A stretch of 41,269 bases of DNA from Candidatus Omnitrophota bacterium (GTDB lineage Bacteria; Omnitrophota; Gorgyraeia; Pluralincolimonadales; Pluralincolimonadaceae), in contig JBAZFE010000002.1 of assembly GCA_041653555.1 (NCBI GenBank), forward strand, positions 1 to 41,269. The letters are read 5' to 3'. A program made the position numbers and the translations under genes. Shown piece after piece: positions 28,093-37,608 of this stretch. The notes beneath the pieces were generated by a model. That model was not told the origin of the DNA and ran no database searches. It worked only from the letters and a program-made list of their open reading frames with translations. The stretch's first letter is position 1; every line of letters starts with the position of its first letter.

Positions 28093-29066
28093 CTTCCGGA
28101 CATCCTTATCCTCGGGTCCGCGTACGCGTACATCACATCGGCTATAAGGTTGCCTATCAGCGTCAATACCGCGCCGATGAACAGCACGCCCATTATAACC
28201 GGGTAATCCCTTGCCATGACAGAGTCATAGAAAAGCTTGCCCATGCCGGGTATCGCGTATATGGACTCGAATATGACGCTCCCTCCGATCAGGCCCGGGA
28301 CCGACAGCCCGATAATCGTAACGATCGGAAGCAGCGCGTTCCTGAGCGCGTGCTTATATATTACCTGTTTTTCGGGCAGGCCCTTCGCCCGAGCGGTCCT
28401 GACGAAATCCTTGTTGAGTATCTCGAGCATGCTTGCCCTCATGTACCTGGATATGCCGGCAAGACCCGCGAACGCGGATACGAATACCGGCAGCGCGAGA
28501 TGCCTTATCAGGTCAAATATCTTCTCGACCAGGTTGTAATCCTCAAAGTCTATGGATTTTATCCCGGATACCGGCAGCCATCCCAGGTTGACACCGAACA
28601 GGCTCATCAACAGCAATGCGAGCCAGAATGTCGGCATTGCGAATCCTATGAACACGAAGACGGTGGATATCCTGTCATACTCCGAGCCCTCCCGGACCGC
28701 GCTGGTTATCCCAATGGGGACAGCGACCAGGAATATCATGATCAGCGACAGCACGTTGATCGCGATCGTTATCGGTATCCTCTCCCCGATCTTTTCCGAT
28801 ACCGGCCTCTCATCCACGAATGACTTCCCGAGGTCCATGGCCGAGAGCCTCTTTACCCATTCCCAGTACTGGACATGCACGGGCTTATCGAGCCCGTACA
28901 ATCTATCGAGCTTTTCGCGCGCCTCAAGCGATATCTTAGGCGACATCTCCGCCTGGAGCCGTGTCGGCTTTCCGGGGGACAGGTGTATCACAAAAAATGT
29001 GATAAGTGTTATGCCGATCAGCACCGGCACCATTCCCATCAGCCTTCTAACGATATAGTTCACCAT
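28089..29066 (-). CDS. ABC transporter permease (OppB/DppB-like)
   Basis: [24 protein letters not shown] is a typical N-terminus, and [24 protein letters not shown] is present. I rejected the 12-aa ORF-track extension. Confidence 0.9.
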   Translation of the reverse strand: MVNYIVRRLMGMVPVLIGITLITFFVIHLSPGKPTRLQAEMSPKISLEAREKLDRLYGLDKPVHVQYWEWVKRLSAMDLGKSFVDERPVSEKIGERIPITIAINVLSLIMIFLVAVPIGITSAVREGSEYDRISTVFVFIGFAMPTFWLALLLMSLFGVNLGWLPVSGIKSIDFEDYNLVEKIFDLIRHLALPVFVSAFAGLAGISRYMRASMLEILNKDFVRTARAKGLPEKQVIYKHALRNALLPIVTIIGLSVPGLIGGSVIFESIYAIPGMGKLFYDSVMARDYPVIMGVLFIGAVLTLIGNLIADVMYAYADPRIRMSGR

Positions 29067-30715
29067 CTCGTGTATCTCTGCTCTCCGGTCGGGACGTACC
29101 ATTTTATGAAATTATAGCCGATACCCGCGGGCGCCGGCTCGATCCCCCTGAACCTGGCATGCACTATCGGCAGCGCGTCGGGGACATACAGAAAAATACA
29201 CGGATGGTCGTCGAATATGAGCCTGTTTATCCTGTTGTAGATCTGACGCCTTATGTCCCGGTCATACTCCCTCCGGCCTTCCAGCAATAACTTATCGACT
29301 TCCTCGTTCTTGTAACCGATAAAATTAAACTCGCCCGGGCGCGTCTTTGACGAGTGCCAGATATCGTAACAGTCCGGGTCCCTTGATAGGTTCCATCCCA
29401 TTATCACGGCCTCAAACTTACCCTTATCGATGAACTCCGACAGGAACGTCGCCCATTCGATTATCCTGACCTCCGCCGCCACTCCGATGTCCCTGAGCCT
29501 GCGCTGTATGATCTCGGCGGTTGTCTTCCTCGTATCGTTGCCCTGGTTCGTCATTATCGTGAACCTGAACTCCTGCCCGTCCTTATCGAGGATGCCGTTA
29601 CCGTCATGGTCTTCCCATCCCGCTTCTTTCAACAACGCCCTTGCCTTGATGGGATCGTAAGGAACCGGCCTGACATCCTTATTGCACGCCCAGGATTCCG
29701 GAGTAAACGGCCCTGTCGAGACGCGTCCGAGCCCGAGAAGCACTCCGGAGATAATCTCTTCCTTGTTTATCGCATGATCCAGCGCGAGGCGCACCCTGCC
29801 GTCCGAGAATTTCGGGTCCTTAAGGTTAAAACCCATGTACGAATATCCGAAGGACGGATATTTATATTTCCTGTAATATTTTTTGAAGAAAGGCGTATCG
29901 GTCTGGCGGGAATATTGCAGAGGGATAAGCCCTACCTGGTCGACACCCTGCGTCTGCAATTCGAGGAATGTCGTCGCCTGGTCGGGGATTATCCTGTAGA
30001 TGTACCTGTTGATGAAAGGCCGCCCTTCGTAATAATCGGGATTTGAGACGAGCACTATCTTCTCCCCGGTCTTCCACTCCTTGAAACGGTAAGGTCCCGT
30101 ACCTATAGGGTTCCTGGAATACCTGGTATTGCCGAGGTCCTCGTTTTCAAGCAGGTGCTTCGGCATGATACCCATGCCCCAGCTTGACAGCCCGGGAGAG
30201 AAGGGTTCTTTGTAGTCCACCTTGACCGTGTAGTCGTCTATGACCTCCAGCGACTTCACCCTCTCAAAATCCCCGCTGTACGGGGTCTTTACATCCGGGT
30301 CGATGAGTTTGAGGTAGGTGAACTCTACGTCGCGCGCGGTGAAAGGCTTGCCATCGTGCCATTTGACGTTTTTCCGGAGATGGAAAATTATTACAAGGCC
30401 GCCCTCCTTTATCTCCCAACTCTCGGCGAGTTCGCCCTCGAGGTTAAGGTCCTTATCATACCTGACGAGCCCGTTATATACGAGGCCGCATATCTCCGCT
30501 GACGAACTGTCCGAGGCGAGGATCGGGATAAGCGTGCTCGCGTCGCCTATCGACGCAGTGACTATCGCGTCGCCGTATTGGGGCTGCGCTACGAGGGGCT
30601 GCGAAGCGTCCCCCGCAGGGGAACACACCTCTTGCGAGGTATGTCCCGCCGGAGCATGGCCCCATAAGAGTATTAAAAAAAATATCCCGGTTAATCGGGA
30701 TATTTTTTTGAACAT
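29060..30715 (-). CDS. ABC transporter substrate-binding protein, family 5 (peptide/nickel type)
   Basis: 551 aa. It starts with the signal-like [18 protein letters not shown], followed by family-5 blocks such as [19 protein letters not shown] and [10 protein letters not shown]. The SD AGGAG (30724-30728) lies 8 nt before the ATG. Confidence 0.9.
   Translation of the reverse strand: MFKKISRLTGIFFLILLWGHAPAGHTSQEVCSPAGDASQPLVAQPQYGDAIVTASIGDASTLIPILASDSSSAEICGLVYNGLVRYDKDLNLEGELAESWEIKEGGLVIIFHLRKNVKWHDGKPFTARDVEFTYLKLIDPDVKTPYSGDFERVKSLEVIDDYTVKVDYKEPFSPGLSSWGMGIMPKHLLENEDLGNTRYSRNPIGTGPYRFKEWKTGEKIVLVSNPDYYEGRPFINRYIYRIIPDQATTFLELQTQGVDQVGLIPLQYSRQTDTPFFKKYYRKYKYPSFGYSYMGFNLKDPKFSDGRVRLALDHAINKEEIISGVLLGLGRVSTGPFTPESWACNKDVRPVPYDPIKARALLKEAGWEDHDGNGILDKDGQEFRFTIMTNQGNDTRKTTAEIIQRRLRDIGVAAEVRIIEWATFLSEFIDKGKFEAVIMGWNLSRDPDCYDIWHSSKTRPGEFNFIGYKNEEVDKLLLEGRREYDRDIRRQIYNRINRLIFDDHPCIFLYVPDALPIVHARFRGIEPAPAGIGYNFIKWYVPTGEQRYTRW
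30675..30709. other. A8 / 8-bp stem / T7 palindromic hairpin (terminator-like) inside codons 3-13 of the binding-protein gene
   Basis: The plus strand reads AAAAAAAATATCCCG-GTTAAT-CGGGATATTTTTTT. The stem pairs ATATCCCG (30682-30689) with CGGGATAT (30696-30703), and the flanking A and T runs can extend it. On the transcribed minus strand the stem is followed by 8 U. Confidence 0.35.
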
Positions 30716-30730
30716 ATCTTCTTCTCCTGT

Positions 30731-31093
30731 CTACTTTTTAGGAGCTTCTTCCCCTGTCGCCGGCTTAGGCTGCGCTGTCGGTGCAACCGTTGCCGCAGTT
30801 GGCGCTTCGGCAGGCACTGCGGTGCCCTGCTTTGACAATTCCTTCTCGACCAGCGATCCGCCCTTGTCCATGGAAACGAGCGCAAGGGTCAATGAGGTGG
30901 TAAGGAACAGCACCGCGCATACGGCCGTCGCTTTTGTCATGAATGCAGACGCCTTAGTTCCGAGCATCGATTGCAGCCCGCCGCCCCCGCCGAATGTCTC
31001 CGATATGCCGCCGCCTTTCCCCGCCTGAAGAAGGATGACCATTATCAGGATAAGGCACGAGATCACGTGTAAAGCTATCAATACTCCATACAT
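30731..31093 (-). CDS. secG: preprotein translocase subunit SecG
   Basis: 120 aa. LILIMVILLQAGKGGGISETFGGGG is typical of SecG, and a second TM segment follows. The C-terminal tail is rich in Ala, Pro and Thr. Confidence 0.85.
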   Translation of the reverse strand: MYGVLIALHVISCLILIMVILLQAGKGGGISETFGGGGGLQSMLGTKASAFMTKATAVCAVLFLTTSLTLALVSMDKGGSLVEKELSKQGTAVPAEAPTAATVAPTAQPKPATGEEAPKK

Positions 31094-31111
31094 CTTATTC
31101 CGCTGCTCCTT

Positions 31112-31870
31112 TTACCTTTTGCTCTGTCTGACTATCTCGGCGAAATCCTTCACCTTAAGGCTCGCGCCGCCGACCAGGGCTCCGTCAATATCCGCGCCCG
31201 CCATGATCGCCTTTACGTTATCCGGCTTTACGCTTCCGCCGTATTGTATCCTCACTTGCGAGGAGACCGCTTCACCATACATCTCTCCGAGAAGTGAACG
31301 AATGAACTTGTGCACTTCCTGCGCCTGTTCGGGCGTGGCCGTCCTTCCGGTGCCGATCGCCCATACCGGCTCATAAGCTATGACGATCTTCAACACTTCA
31401 TCTTTGGTAAGCCCGGCAAGCCCGCCCTCGACATGGCCCTTTACGACATCAAATGTCTTGCCGGAGTCGCGCTCCTCAAGGCGTTCGCCGACGCACATTA
31501 TCGGCGTAAGCCCGTGTTTCAGGGCTGCTTTTACCTTCTTGTTGACCGTCTCATTCGTCTCGTTAAAATAGGTCCTCCGTTCCGAATGGCCTATTATGCA
31601 GTACTTGCATCCGAGGTCGGTTATCATCTTCGGCGCGACCTCTCCGGTAAAAGCGCCCTCTTCCTCCCAGTACATGTCCTGGGCGCCATAACCGATATTC
31701 GAGCCCCTCAGCGCATCCGCGACCTTGGCTATTGCCGTGAACGGCGGGCAGACGACGATATCGACCGCCGGCTCGCCCTTCAATTCCGCCTTAAGGCCGT
31801 TAACGAGCTCCAACGCCTCGCCAGCGGTCTTGTACATCTTCCAGTTTCCCGCAATTATGGGTTTTCTCAT
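31112..31870 (-). CDS. tpiA: triosephosphate isomerase
   Basis: 252 aa. IAGNWKM, IIGHSERR, AYEPVWAIGTG and QYGGSV are present. Confidence 0.95.
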   Translation of the reverse strand: MRKPIIAGNWKMYKTAGEALELVNGLKAELKGEPAVDIVVCPPFTAIAKVADALRGSNIGYGAQDMYWEEEGAFTGEVAPKMITDLGCKYCIIGHSERRTYFNETNETVNKKVKAALKHGLTPIMCVGERLEERDSGKTFDVVKGHVEGGLAGLTKDEVLKIVIAYEPVWAIGTGRTATPEQAQEVHKFIRSLLGEMYGEAVSSQVRIQYGGSVKPDNVKAIMAGADIDGALVGGASLKVKDFAEIVRQSKR

Positions 31871-31871
31871 A

Positions 31872-33101
31872 TTATTTGTCCGTCAGCGCCTTTATGCCGG
31901 GCAGCACTTTGCCTTCGAGATACTCGAGCGAGGCACCGCCTCCGGTTGATATGTGCGTCATCTTATCTTCCAATTTGAACTTCGATATGGCCGCAGCGGT
32001 GTCGCCGCCGCCGATTATGGATATCACTTTACTTCCGCAGCAGCACGAGCAGCATGAGCCGCTCCCGCCCGAAAGGCAGGCGATATATTTCGCGACTTCC
32101 TCAGTTCCCTTCGAGAATTTGTCCATCTCGAACACGCCGAGAGGCCCGTTCCAGACTATCGTCTTCGCGCCCTTCAGCACGTCCTTGAAGGCCTGCACGG
32201 TCTTCGGGCCGACATCGAGGCCCATCCAGCCGTCGGGTATCTGGTCGCCGACCGTCTTCGTGTTCGCGTTAGCGTCGAACTTGTCGGCTATTATATTATC
32301 GACCGGAAGCACTATGTTGACCTTCTTCTGTTTGGCTTTTTCAAGAAGGGACTTCGCGACCTCTATCTTGTCCTTCTCGACCTTTGAGGCGCCGATCGAT
32401 CTTCCCTGGGCCGCATAGAATGTGTATGCCATTCCGCCGCCTATCAATATCGCGTCGGCCTTATTGAGCAGGTTCTCGATCACCCCTATCTTGTCGGAGA
32501 CCTTTGCGCCGCCGAGTATCGTGACGAACGGCTTCGCGGGATTCGCGACCTTCCCCTCAAGGTATTCTATCTCCTTTTCGAGGAGGAATCCCGCCGCGGA
32601 CGCGGACTTAAGGTACCTGGTTACGCCTTCGGTCGAGGCATGCGCGCGGTGCGCCGTGCCGAAAGCATCGTTGACATACACGTCGCCGAAGCTTGCGAGC
32701 TCTTTCGCGAAATTGGCATCGTTTGCTTCCTCTTCCGCGTGAAAACGCAGGTTCTCGAGAAGCATGCATTCGCCGGGCTTAAGCGCGTCGGCCATCGCTT
32801 TTACCTCGGGGCCTATGCAGTCCTTCGCCATCTTCACGGGCTTGCCTAACAATTTGCTGAGCCTCTCCGCGCACGGAGCTAAACTGTATTTTGGTACAGC
32901 CTTGCCGTCCGGCCTGCCGAGATGGCTCATCAACACCAGCCTGGCGCCCTTTTCGAGGGCGTACTTTATCGTAGGTACCGTCGCCCTGATCCTCGTATCG
33001 TCCGTGATGCTCAATTTGTCATCCAGCGGTACGTTGAAGTCTACGCGCATTATCACGCGCTTTCCCCTGAGGTCAAGGTCCTTTATGGTAAGTTTATTCA
33101 T
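31872..33101 (-). CDS. pgk: phosphoglycerate kinase (with an unusual Cys-rich insertion)
   Basis: 409 aa. [26 protein letters not shown] and [14 protein letters not shown] are present. An extra segment, [14 protein letters not shown], lies just before the GGGD strand. Confidence 0.95.
   Translation of the reverse strand: MNKLTIKDLDLRGKRVIMRVDFNVPLDDKLSITDDTRIRATVPTIKYALEKGARLVLMSHLGRPDGKAVPKYSLAPCAERLSKLLGKPVKMAKDCIGPEVKAMADALKPGECMLLENLRFHAEEEANDANFAKELASFGDVYVNDAFGTAHRAHASTEGVTRYLKSASAAGFLLEKEIEYLEGKVANPAKPFVTILGGAKVSDKIGVIENLLNKADAILIGGGMAYTFYAAQGRSIGASKVEKDKIEVAKSLLEKAKQKKVNIVLPVDNIIADKFDANANTKTVGDQIPDGWMGLDVGPKTVQAFKDVLKGAKTIVWNGPLGVFEMDKFSKGTEEVAKYIACLSGGSGSCCSCCCGSKVISIIGGGDTAAAISKFKLEDKMTHISTGGGASLEYLEGKVLPGIKALTDK
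32037..32054. repeat. imperfect trinucleotide tract (GCA)3-CGA-(GCA)2, read as TGC/TCG codons on the coding strand
   Basis: The plus strand reads GCAGCAGCACGAGCAGCA. This encodes CCSCCC within pgk. Confidence 0.6.
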
Positions 33102-33120
33102 TTATCGCCGTCTCCTGCCC

Positions 33121-34173
33121 TTAAAGGCCTTTCTTTACGATATATTCGCAGAGGTCCACGACCCTGTTCGAATAGCCCCACTCGTTATCATACCACGAGA
33201 GGACCTTTACGAGATCGTCGCCCATCACCTTAGTGCTCATCGCGTCGACGATCGAGCTCAACACGCAATGGTTGAAGTCAACAGACACGACCGGGTCTTC
33301 GGTGTAGCCGAGTATACCCTTCAATTTGCCCTCAGAGGCCGCCTTCATCGCCGCGTTGATATCTTCGATGGTCGCTTTCTTCGACAACTGGCAGGTCAGG
33401 TCCACTACCGAGACGTTCGCGACCGGGACCCTCATCGAGAATCCGTCGAGTTTGCCCTTCAGTTCGGGTATTACGAGCGAGATCGCCTTTGCGGCGCCCG
33501 TCGTCGTCGGTATCATCGATACCGCCGCCGCGCGCGACCTGCGAAGGTCCGAATGCGCCTGGTCCTGCACCCTCTGGTCGTTCGTATATGCGTGGATCGT
33601 CGTCATGAGGCCCTTTACGATGCCGTATTTGTCGTTCAGCACCTTCGCGACCGGAGCGAGGCAGTTTGTCGTGCATGACGCGTTAGATATGACATTGTGG
33701 TTCTTCGGGTCATACTTATCATCGTTGACGCCCATTACTATGGTTATGTCCTCACCCTGGGCAGGGGCTGATATGATGACCTTCTTGGCGCCGCCCTTCG
33801 TTATATGGTTCTCGGCTCCTTTTACTTCCTTGCCCTTCTTGTTGATACCGTCCTTCTTTATCGTGAAGAGCCCCGTCGATTCGACGACGATCTCGACACC
33901 GAGGTCCTTCCACGGCAGCTCACCCGGGTCCCTCTTTGCAAGCACCTTTATCAGCTTGCCATCAGCGGAGATCGTATCCTCGGATACGGCTTTCACGATG
34001 CCCGGGAACCTTCCGTGTACCGAATCATACTGGAATAAATATGCGTTTGTTTTTGAATCGGTGATATCGTTGATCGCTACGAGTTCCAGGTCCTTGCTCT
34101 TCTTCTCAAGAATAGCCCTGGCGACAAGACGACCTATCCTTCCAAAACCGTTAATACCTACCTTTACAGCCAT
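33121..34173 (-). CDS. gap: type I glyceraldehyde-3-phosphate dehydrogenase
   Basis: 350 aa. [10 protein letters not shown] is present, and the catalytic Cys lies in [10 protein letters not shown]. An extra Lys-rich segment lies between GLFT and the [10 protein letters not shown] block. Confidence 0.95.
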   Translation of the reverse strand: MAVKVGINGFGRIGRLVARAILEKKSKDLELVAINDITDSKTNAYLFQYDSVHGRFPGIVKAVSEDTISADGKLIKVLAKRDPGELPWKDLGVEIVVESTGLFTIKKDGINKKGKEVKGAENHITKGGAKKVIISAPAQGEDITIVMGVNDDKYDPKNHNVISNASCTTNCLAPVAKVLNDKYGIVKGLMTTIHAYTNDQRVQDQAHSDLRRSRAAAVSMIPTTTGAAKAISLVIPELKGKLDGFSMRVPVANVSVVDLTCQLSKKATIEDINAAMKAASEGKLKGILGYTEDPVVSVDFNHCVLSSIVDAMSTKVMGDDLVKVLSWYDNEWGYSNRVVDLCEYIVKKGL

Positions 34174-34206
34174 CTCTTTCTCCTCCTGTTAGTTTGTTTG
34201 TGTGGA

Positions 34207-35205
34207 CTAAAGCGAGACTTCCCTTAATGCCCAGGCCGCTATCTCAGGCGGCGTCGGATTCAGATAAAATCCGGTTCCCCACTCAAAACCCGCCGACCGG
34301 CCCATCCTTGGCATTATCTCGATGTGCCAGTGGTAATCCGCACGTTCTTTCGCGTCTATGGGCGATGTGTGGACGATAAAATTATATGAGGGGTCCTTCA
34401 GCGCAAGCTTCATCCTCAACAAGGTCTCCTTTAATATCCTGGCGAGATCGACGACTTCCTCTTTCTGGATGTAGCTGAACTCCGCGCTGTGTATCTTCGG
34501 GAATATAGTGAACTCGAACGGGAACCTCGAGACGAACGGCGCGAAGGCGATGAAGCTCTTGTTCTCGGCGATGACCCTCTCCCTCTCATCTATCTCCTGG
34601 TGTATCATGTCGCAGAATACGCACCTATCCCTGTATTCAAAATATCTCTCAGCCCAGCGCAGTTCCTCGACCACCCTTTTAGGGATGATCGGAAGGGCGA
34701 TAAGCTGCGAATGCGGGTGCTCGAGGGAAGCGCCCGCGGACACACCGTAGTTCTTGAATATCAGAATATATTTGAACCTCTTGTCCCCCTTAAGGTCGAG
34801 GCACCTGTTCCGGTATGACCACAGGACCTGTTCGACCTCCTGGTCCATCAGGTCGCAGAGCTCCCTGTTATGGTCGGGATTCTCGATTATGACCTCATGT
34901 GCGCCTATGCCGTTCATCATATCGAACATGCCGACGCCTATCCTGTCCAGGTTGCCCTCTACCCTCAGGGCGGGAAATTTATTCGGTATTACACGCGTCT
35001 GCCAACCCGGGGCGTTCGGTTTCGTATCCCCTTCGCGGTACGCGAATATCTCGGGAGGCGTCATCTTCTCGTTGCCGGGGCAGAACGGGCATATGCCCTC
35101 CCTCTTTACGCGCTTTTCGGCCTCGTAATCGGTAGGGTTCTTGGCCTTATCGATCTCTATTATAACCCACCTTCCGGTGATCGGGTCCCTTCTGAGTTCT
35201 GCCAT
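34207..35205 (-). CDS. GalT-like (HIT superfamily) hexose-1-phosphate nucleotidyltransferase / nucleotide-sugar phosphorylase, copy 1
   Basis: 332 aa. CPFCPGNE, NKFPAL, GAHEVIIE, the His-x-His-x-Gln motif LEHPHSQ, CVFCD and HWHIEIMPR are present. It forms a TAATG overlap with copy 2. Confidence 0.8.
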   Translation of the reverse strand: MAELRRDPITGRWVIIEIDKAKNPTDYEAEKRVKREGICPFCPGNEKMTPPEIFAYREGDTKPNAPGWQTRVIPNKFPALRVEGNLDRIGVGMFDMMNGIGAHEVIIENPDHNRELCDLMDQEVEQVLWSYRNRCLDLKGDKRFKYILIFKNYGVSAGASLEHPHSQLIALPIIPKRVVEELRWAERYFEYRDRCVFCDMIHQEIDERERVIAENKSFIAFAPFVSRFPFEFTIFPKIHSAEFSYIQKEEVVDLARILKETLLRMKLALKDPSYNFIVHTSPIDAKERADYHWHIEIMPRMGRSAGFEWGTGFYLNPTPPEIAAWALREVSL

Positions 35206-36239
35206 TACGGCTCCATCTCGCTTAAATATTTAGCGGCATCCTCGGGCGGCGTGGGATTTATATAAAAACCGCTGCCCCACTCGAAACCGGCGACCCTTGT
35301 AAGCCTGGGCATTATCTCGAGGTGCCAGTGGAAATCCTCGTCTATCGTCTTCCAATAACCCGCCTTCGGCATCCTGAACGGGGCCGTATGCAGTATTATA
35401 TTGTAGGGCGGGTCCACAAGGGCCTTCTTAAGTTTCGTCAGGACCACCTTAAGTATCCTCGCGAGGTCCGGCCTCTTATCCCTCGGCAGGCTTGAAAAAT
35501 CCGCGCTGTGCTTCTTCGGTAATACCCACATCTCGAACGGGAACCTCGAAGCGAAAGGAGCGAACGCGATATATCCGTCTATATCCGCCACGATCCTCTT
35601 GCCGGTATCCATCTCCTGCTTTATGATATCGCAGAATATGCACCGTTCCTTGTATTCGAAATACTGCCTTGAACCGACCAGCTCATCCTTTAGCCTTATC
35701 GGGTTCACCGGCATGGCGATCAGCTGGGAGTGCGCGTGCCTTATCTTGCCGGAACCCGCTGCAAGGCCGTAATTCTTGAATAACATCGCGTACTTGAAAC
35801 GCGGGTCCCTGCCCAGGTCCGTCATGCGCTCGATCCAGGCCGTGATCGAATTCGCTATCTGCTCTTCCGGCAGGTCCGCCATGTTATATATATGCTGCGG
35901 CGTTTCGATTATGATCTCATGCGCGCCTACGCCGTTGATGACATCGTATATCCCCCTTCCGTGGCGCTCTATCTTTCCTTCTATCTTCAGCACCGGTGAA
36001 ACGGAAGGCACCACCCTGACCTGCCATCCGGGAGAACCCGGTTTCGTTCCGGGATTCCTTATGGCGAATATTTCCGGCGGCGGGGTCTGGCCCTCCCTGC
36101 CTTCGCAGAACGGGCACGGCGGTTCCGAGGCTCCCTCTTCCGATACGGAATGGGGGACAAAATCACTCGGCCTGCGGGCCCTCTCGGTCGCGACTATGAC
36201 CCACCTTCCTATGACAGGGTCTTTCCTGAACTCGGGCAT
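35205..36239 (-). CDS. GalT-like (HIT superfamily) paralogue, copy 2 (more divergent)
   Basis: 344 aa. CPFCEGRE, GAHEIIIE, RHAHSQ, CIFCD and HWHLEIMPR are present. The NKFPAL block of copy 1 is replaced by SVSPVL. It forms a TGATG overlap with the upstream gene. Confidence 0.75.
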   Translation of the reverse strand: MPEFRKDPVIGRWVIVATERARRPSDFVPHSVSEEGASEPPCPFCEGREGQTPPPEIFAIRNPGTKPGSPGWQVRVVPSVSPVLKIEGKIERHGRGIYDVINGVGAHEIIIETPQHIYNMADLPEEQIANSITAWIERMTDLGRDPRFKYAMLFKNYGLAAGSGKIRHAHSQLIAMPVNPIRLKDELVGSRQYFEYKERCIFCDIIKQEMDTGKRIVADIDGYIAFAPFASRFPFEMWVLPKKHSADFSSLPRDKRPDLARILKVVLTKLKKALVDPPYNIILHTAPFRMPKAGYWKTIDEDFHWHLEIMPRLTRVAGFEWGSGFYINPTPPEDAAKYLSEMEP

Positions 36240-37558
36240 CAGTCCTTCCTCCCGTTCTCCATCATCAGCTTGAGCAGATCGTTCATTAATATGACGCCCT
36301 GTACCGCACTGTTATCGTCCTGTATGACAAGGAACTCCGCCCCGCTTGCGCGCATCTTGGCGATGGCGTCCTTCATCGATATCCCCGGCTTCACGATGAC
36401 GGCCGGCCTTTTCAGGAAATTATCCACCGGCGTTTCGAGGCCCTTCATGACCGTATCGGACGTGACGACGGCCTGCAGGTTCTTAAGCGCCATCACCTTA
36501 TTTTTTATGTACGCGTAAAATTCCGTCGACAGGACCCTGTTGAAGCTTATGAACATCGGGAAATAGGGCTTCTTGTCTATAAAATTAAAGTGGCTCTGCA
36601 AGGCGCATTGCCCTACCTGCCTGTCTATCGAAAGGAAATACCTCAAGGAGCTGTCGGGCGTCTGCGCGTCCAATTCTTCCGGCACCGCGGCCAGGTATGT
36701 TATCTCGAGGACCTCGTCCATCGTGACGTTCAGCCCCGGAAAATCCTTCTGTATATGATAACCGAGCTCATCGTCCTGGTCCTTGTACTCATGGACATAT
36801 TTTTCCAGCGTATCGATCGCATCCGCGAGGAATATTCCGAGCGCGACATCCTTATTATATACCATTCCGCTCGCGACTATCGCCGCATCGTCCGACTGGC
36901 CGGGCCCTATCTTGTGGCGGATATACAGGTACCTGATCTTCTCCGGGGCGGTCTTATTGAGGTCTTCCTCGGGAATGATGAGGCCGGCCCTCTTGAACGC
37001 GTCGATCGAGCCCGCATTTTCGCGGTGGGCAAGGACTTCGCCGTCCAGCGCCATCTTCTCCATCACATCTATGTTCACAGGATAGCATTTGCCGTATCCG
37101 ATAGTGATGCCGTACTTTTTTTCCGCGGCTGCGCGCGGCCCCGGGTCGTCCCTGAGGCCGCCGATATAGATGCCCTTCAGCACATCCTTGGCGTTGACCT
37201 CTATCTCGCGCAATTCAGGGACCCCGATGAAAGGCTCCCCCTTCGCGTTGACCAGCCTCAATCTCGGCTTACCCTTGATGACATCATCCACGAAAGAGGC
37301 CACATCGTCGATCAGCAGCTGACGGCGCGACTTCACCTTGTTGGGGTCCAGCTTCAGCGCGCGCACGATATCGTCTATCGTCGTGTTGACATAGAAGCTC
37401 TTCTGGAAGGCGCCGGCGCCGTTATGGGCACGCCCTTCCATCGACTGGACAAACAACAGGTCCGCTATCTCTTCAGTCGTATTTAATTCTTCGGAATCCT
37501 TAAGGTGCTGGAAATCCCGTCGAATTAACTCGCCTGGCGCAACTTTATTATTGATCAT
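36239..37558 (-). CDS. hypothetical protein with a single C-terminal CBS motif
   Basis: The 439-aa ORF has ordinary amino-acid composition. Only the last 60 aa or so, VDNFLKRPAVIVKPGISMKDAIAKMRASGAEFLVIQDDNSAVQGVILMNDLLKLM, are recognisable, as a CBS motif. I cannot assign residues 1 to about 370 to any family. Confidence 0.7.
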   Translation of the reverse strand: MINNKVAPGELIRRDFQHLKDSEELNTTEEIADLLFVQSMEGRAHNGAGAFQKSFYVNTTIDDIVRALKLDPNKVKSRRQLLIDDVASFVDDVIKGKPRLRLVNAKGEPFIGVPELREIEVNAKDVLKGIYIGGLRDDPGPRAAAEKKYGITIGYGKCYPVNIDVMEKMALDGEVLAHRENAGSIDAFKRAGLIIPEEDLNKTAPEKIRYLYIRHKIGPGQSDDAAIVASGMVYNKDVALGIFLADAIDTLEKYVHEYKDQDDELGYHIQKDFPGLNVTMDEVLEITYLAAVPEELDAQTPDSSLRYFLSIDRQVGQCALQSHFNFIDKKPYFPMFISFNRVLSTEFYAYIKNKVMALKNLQAVVTSDTVMKGLETPVDNFLKRPAVIVKPGISMKDAIAKMRASGAEFLVIQDDNSAVQGVILMNDLLKLMMENGRKD

Positions 37559-37589
37559 ATTTGTAGGTTAATGGATAAACCAGGGAAAT

Positions 37590-37598
37590 ATTATATCA
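37590..37598 (-). promoter_or_regulatory. candidate extended -10 element (TGATATAAT) upstream of the CBS-protein gene
   Basis: The minus strand reads TGATATAAT 31 nt before the ATG at 37558, in the 50-nt fmt-to-CBS gap. The -35 region is weak (TTGCAT, 16-nt spacer) and overlaps the fmt stop. Confidence 0.3.
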
Positions 37599-37608
37599 TA
37601 AATCCGTT

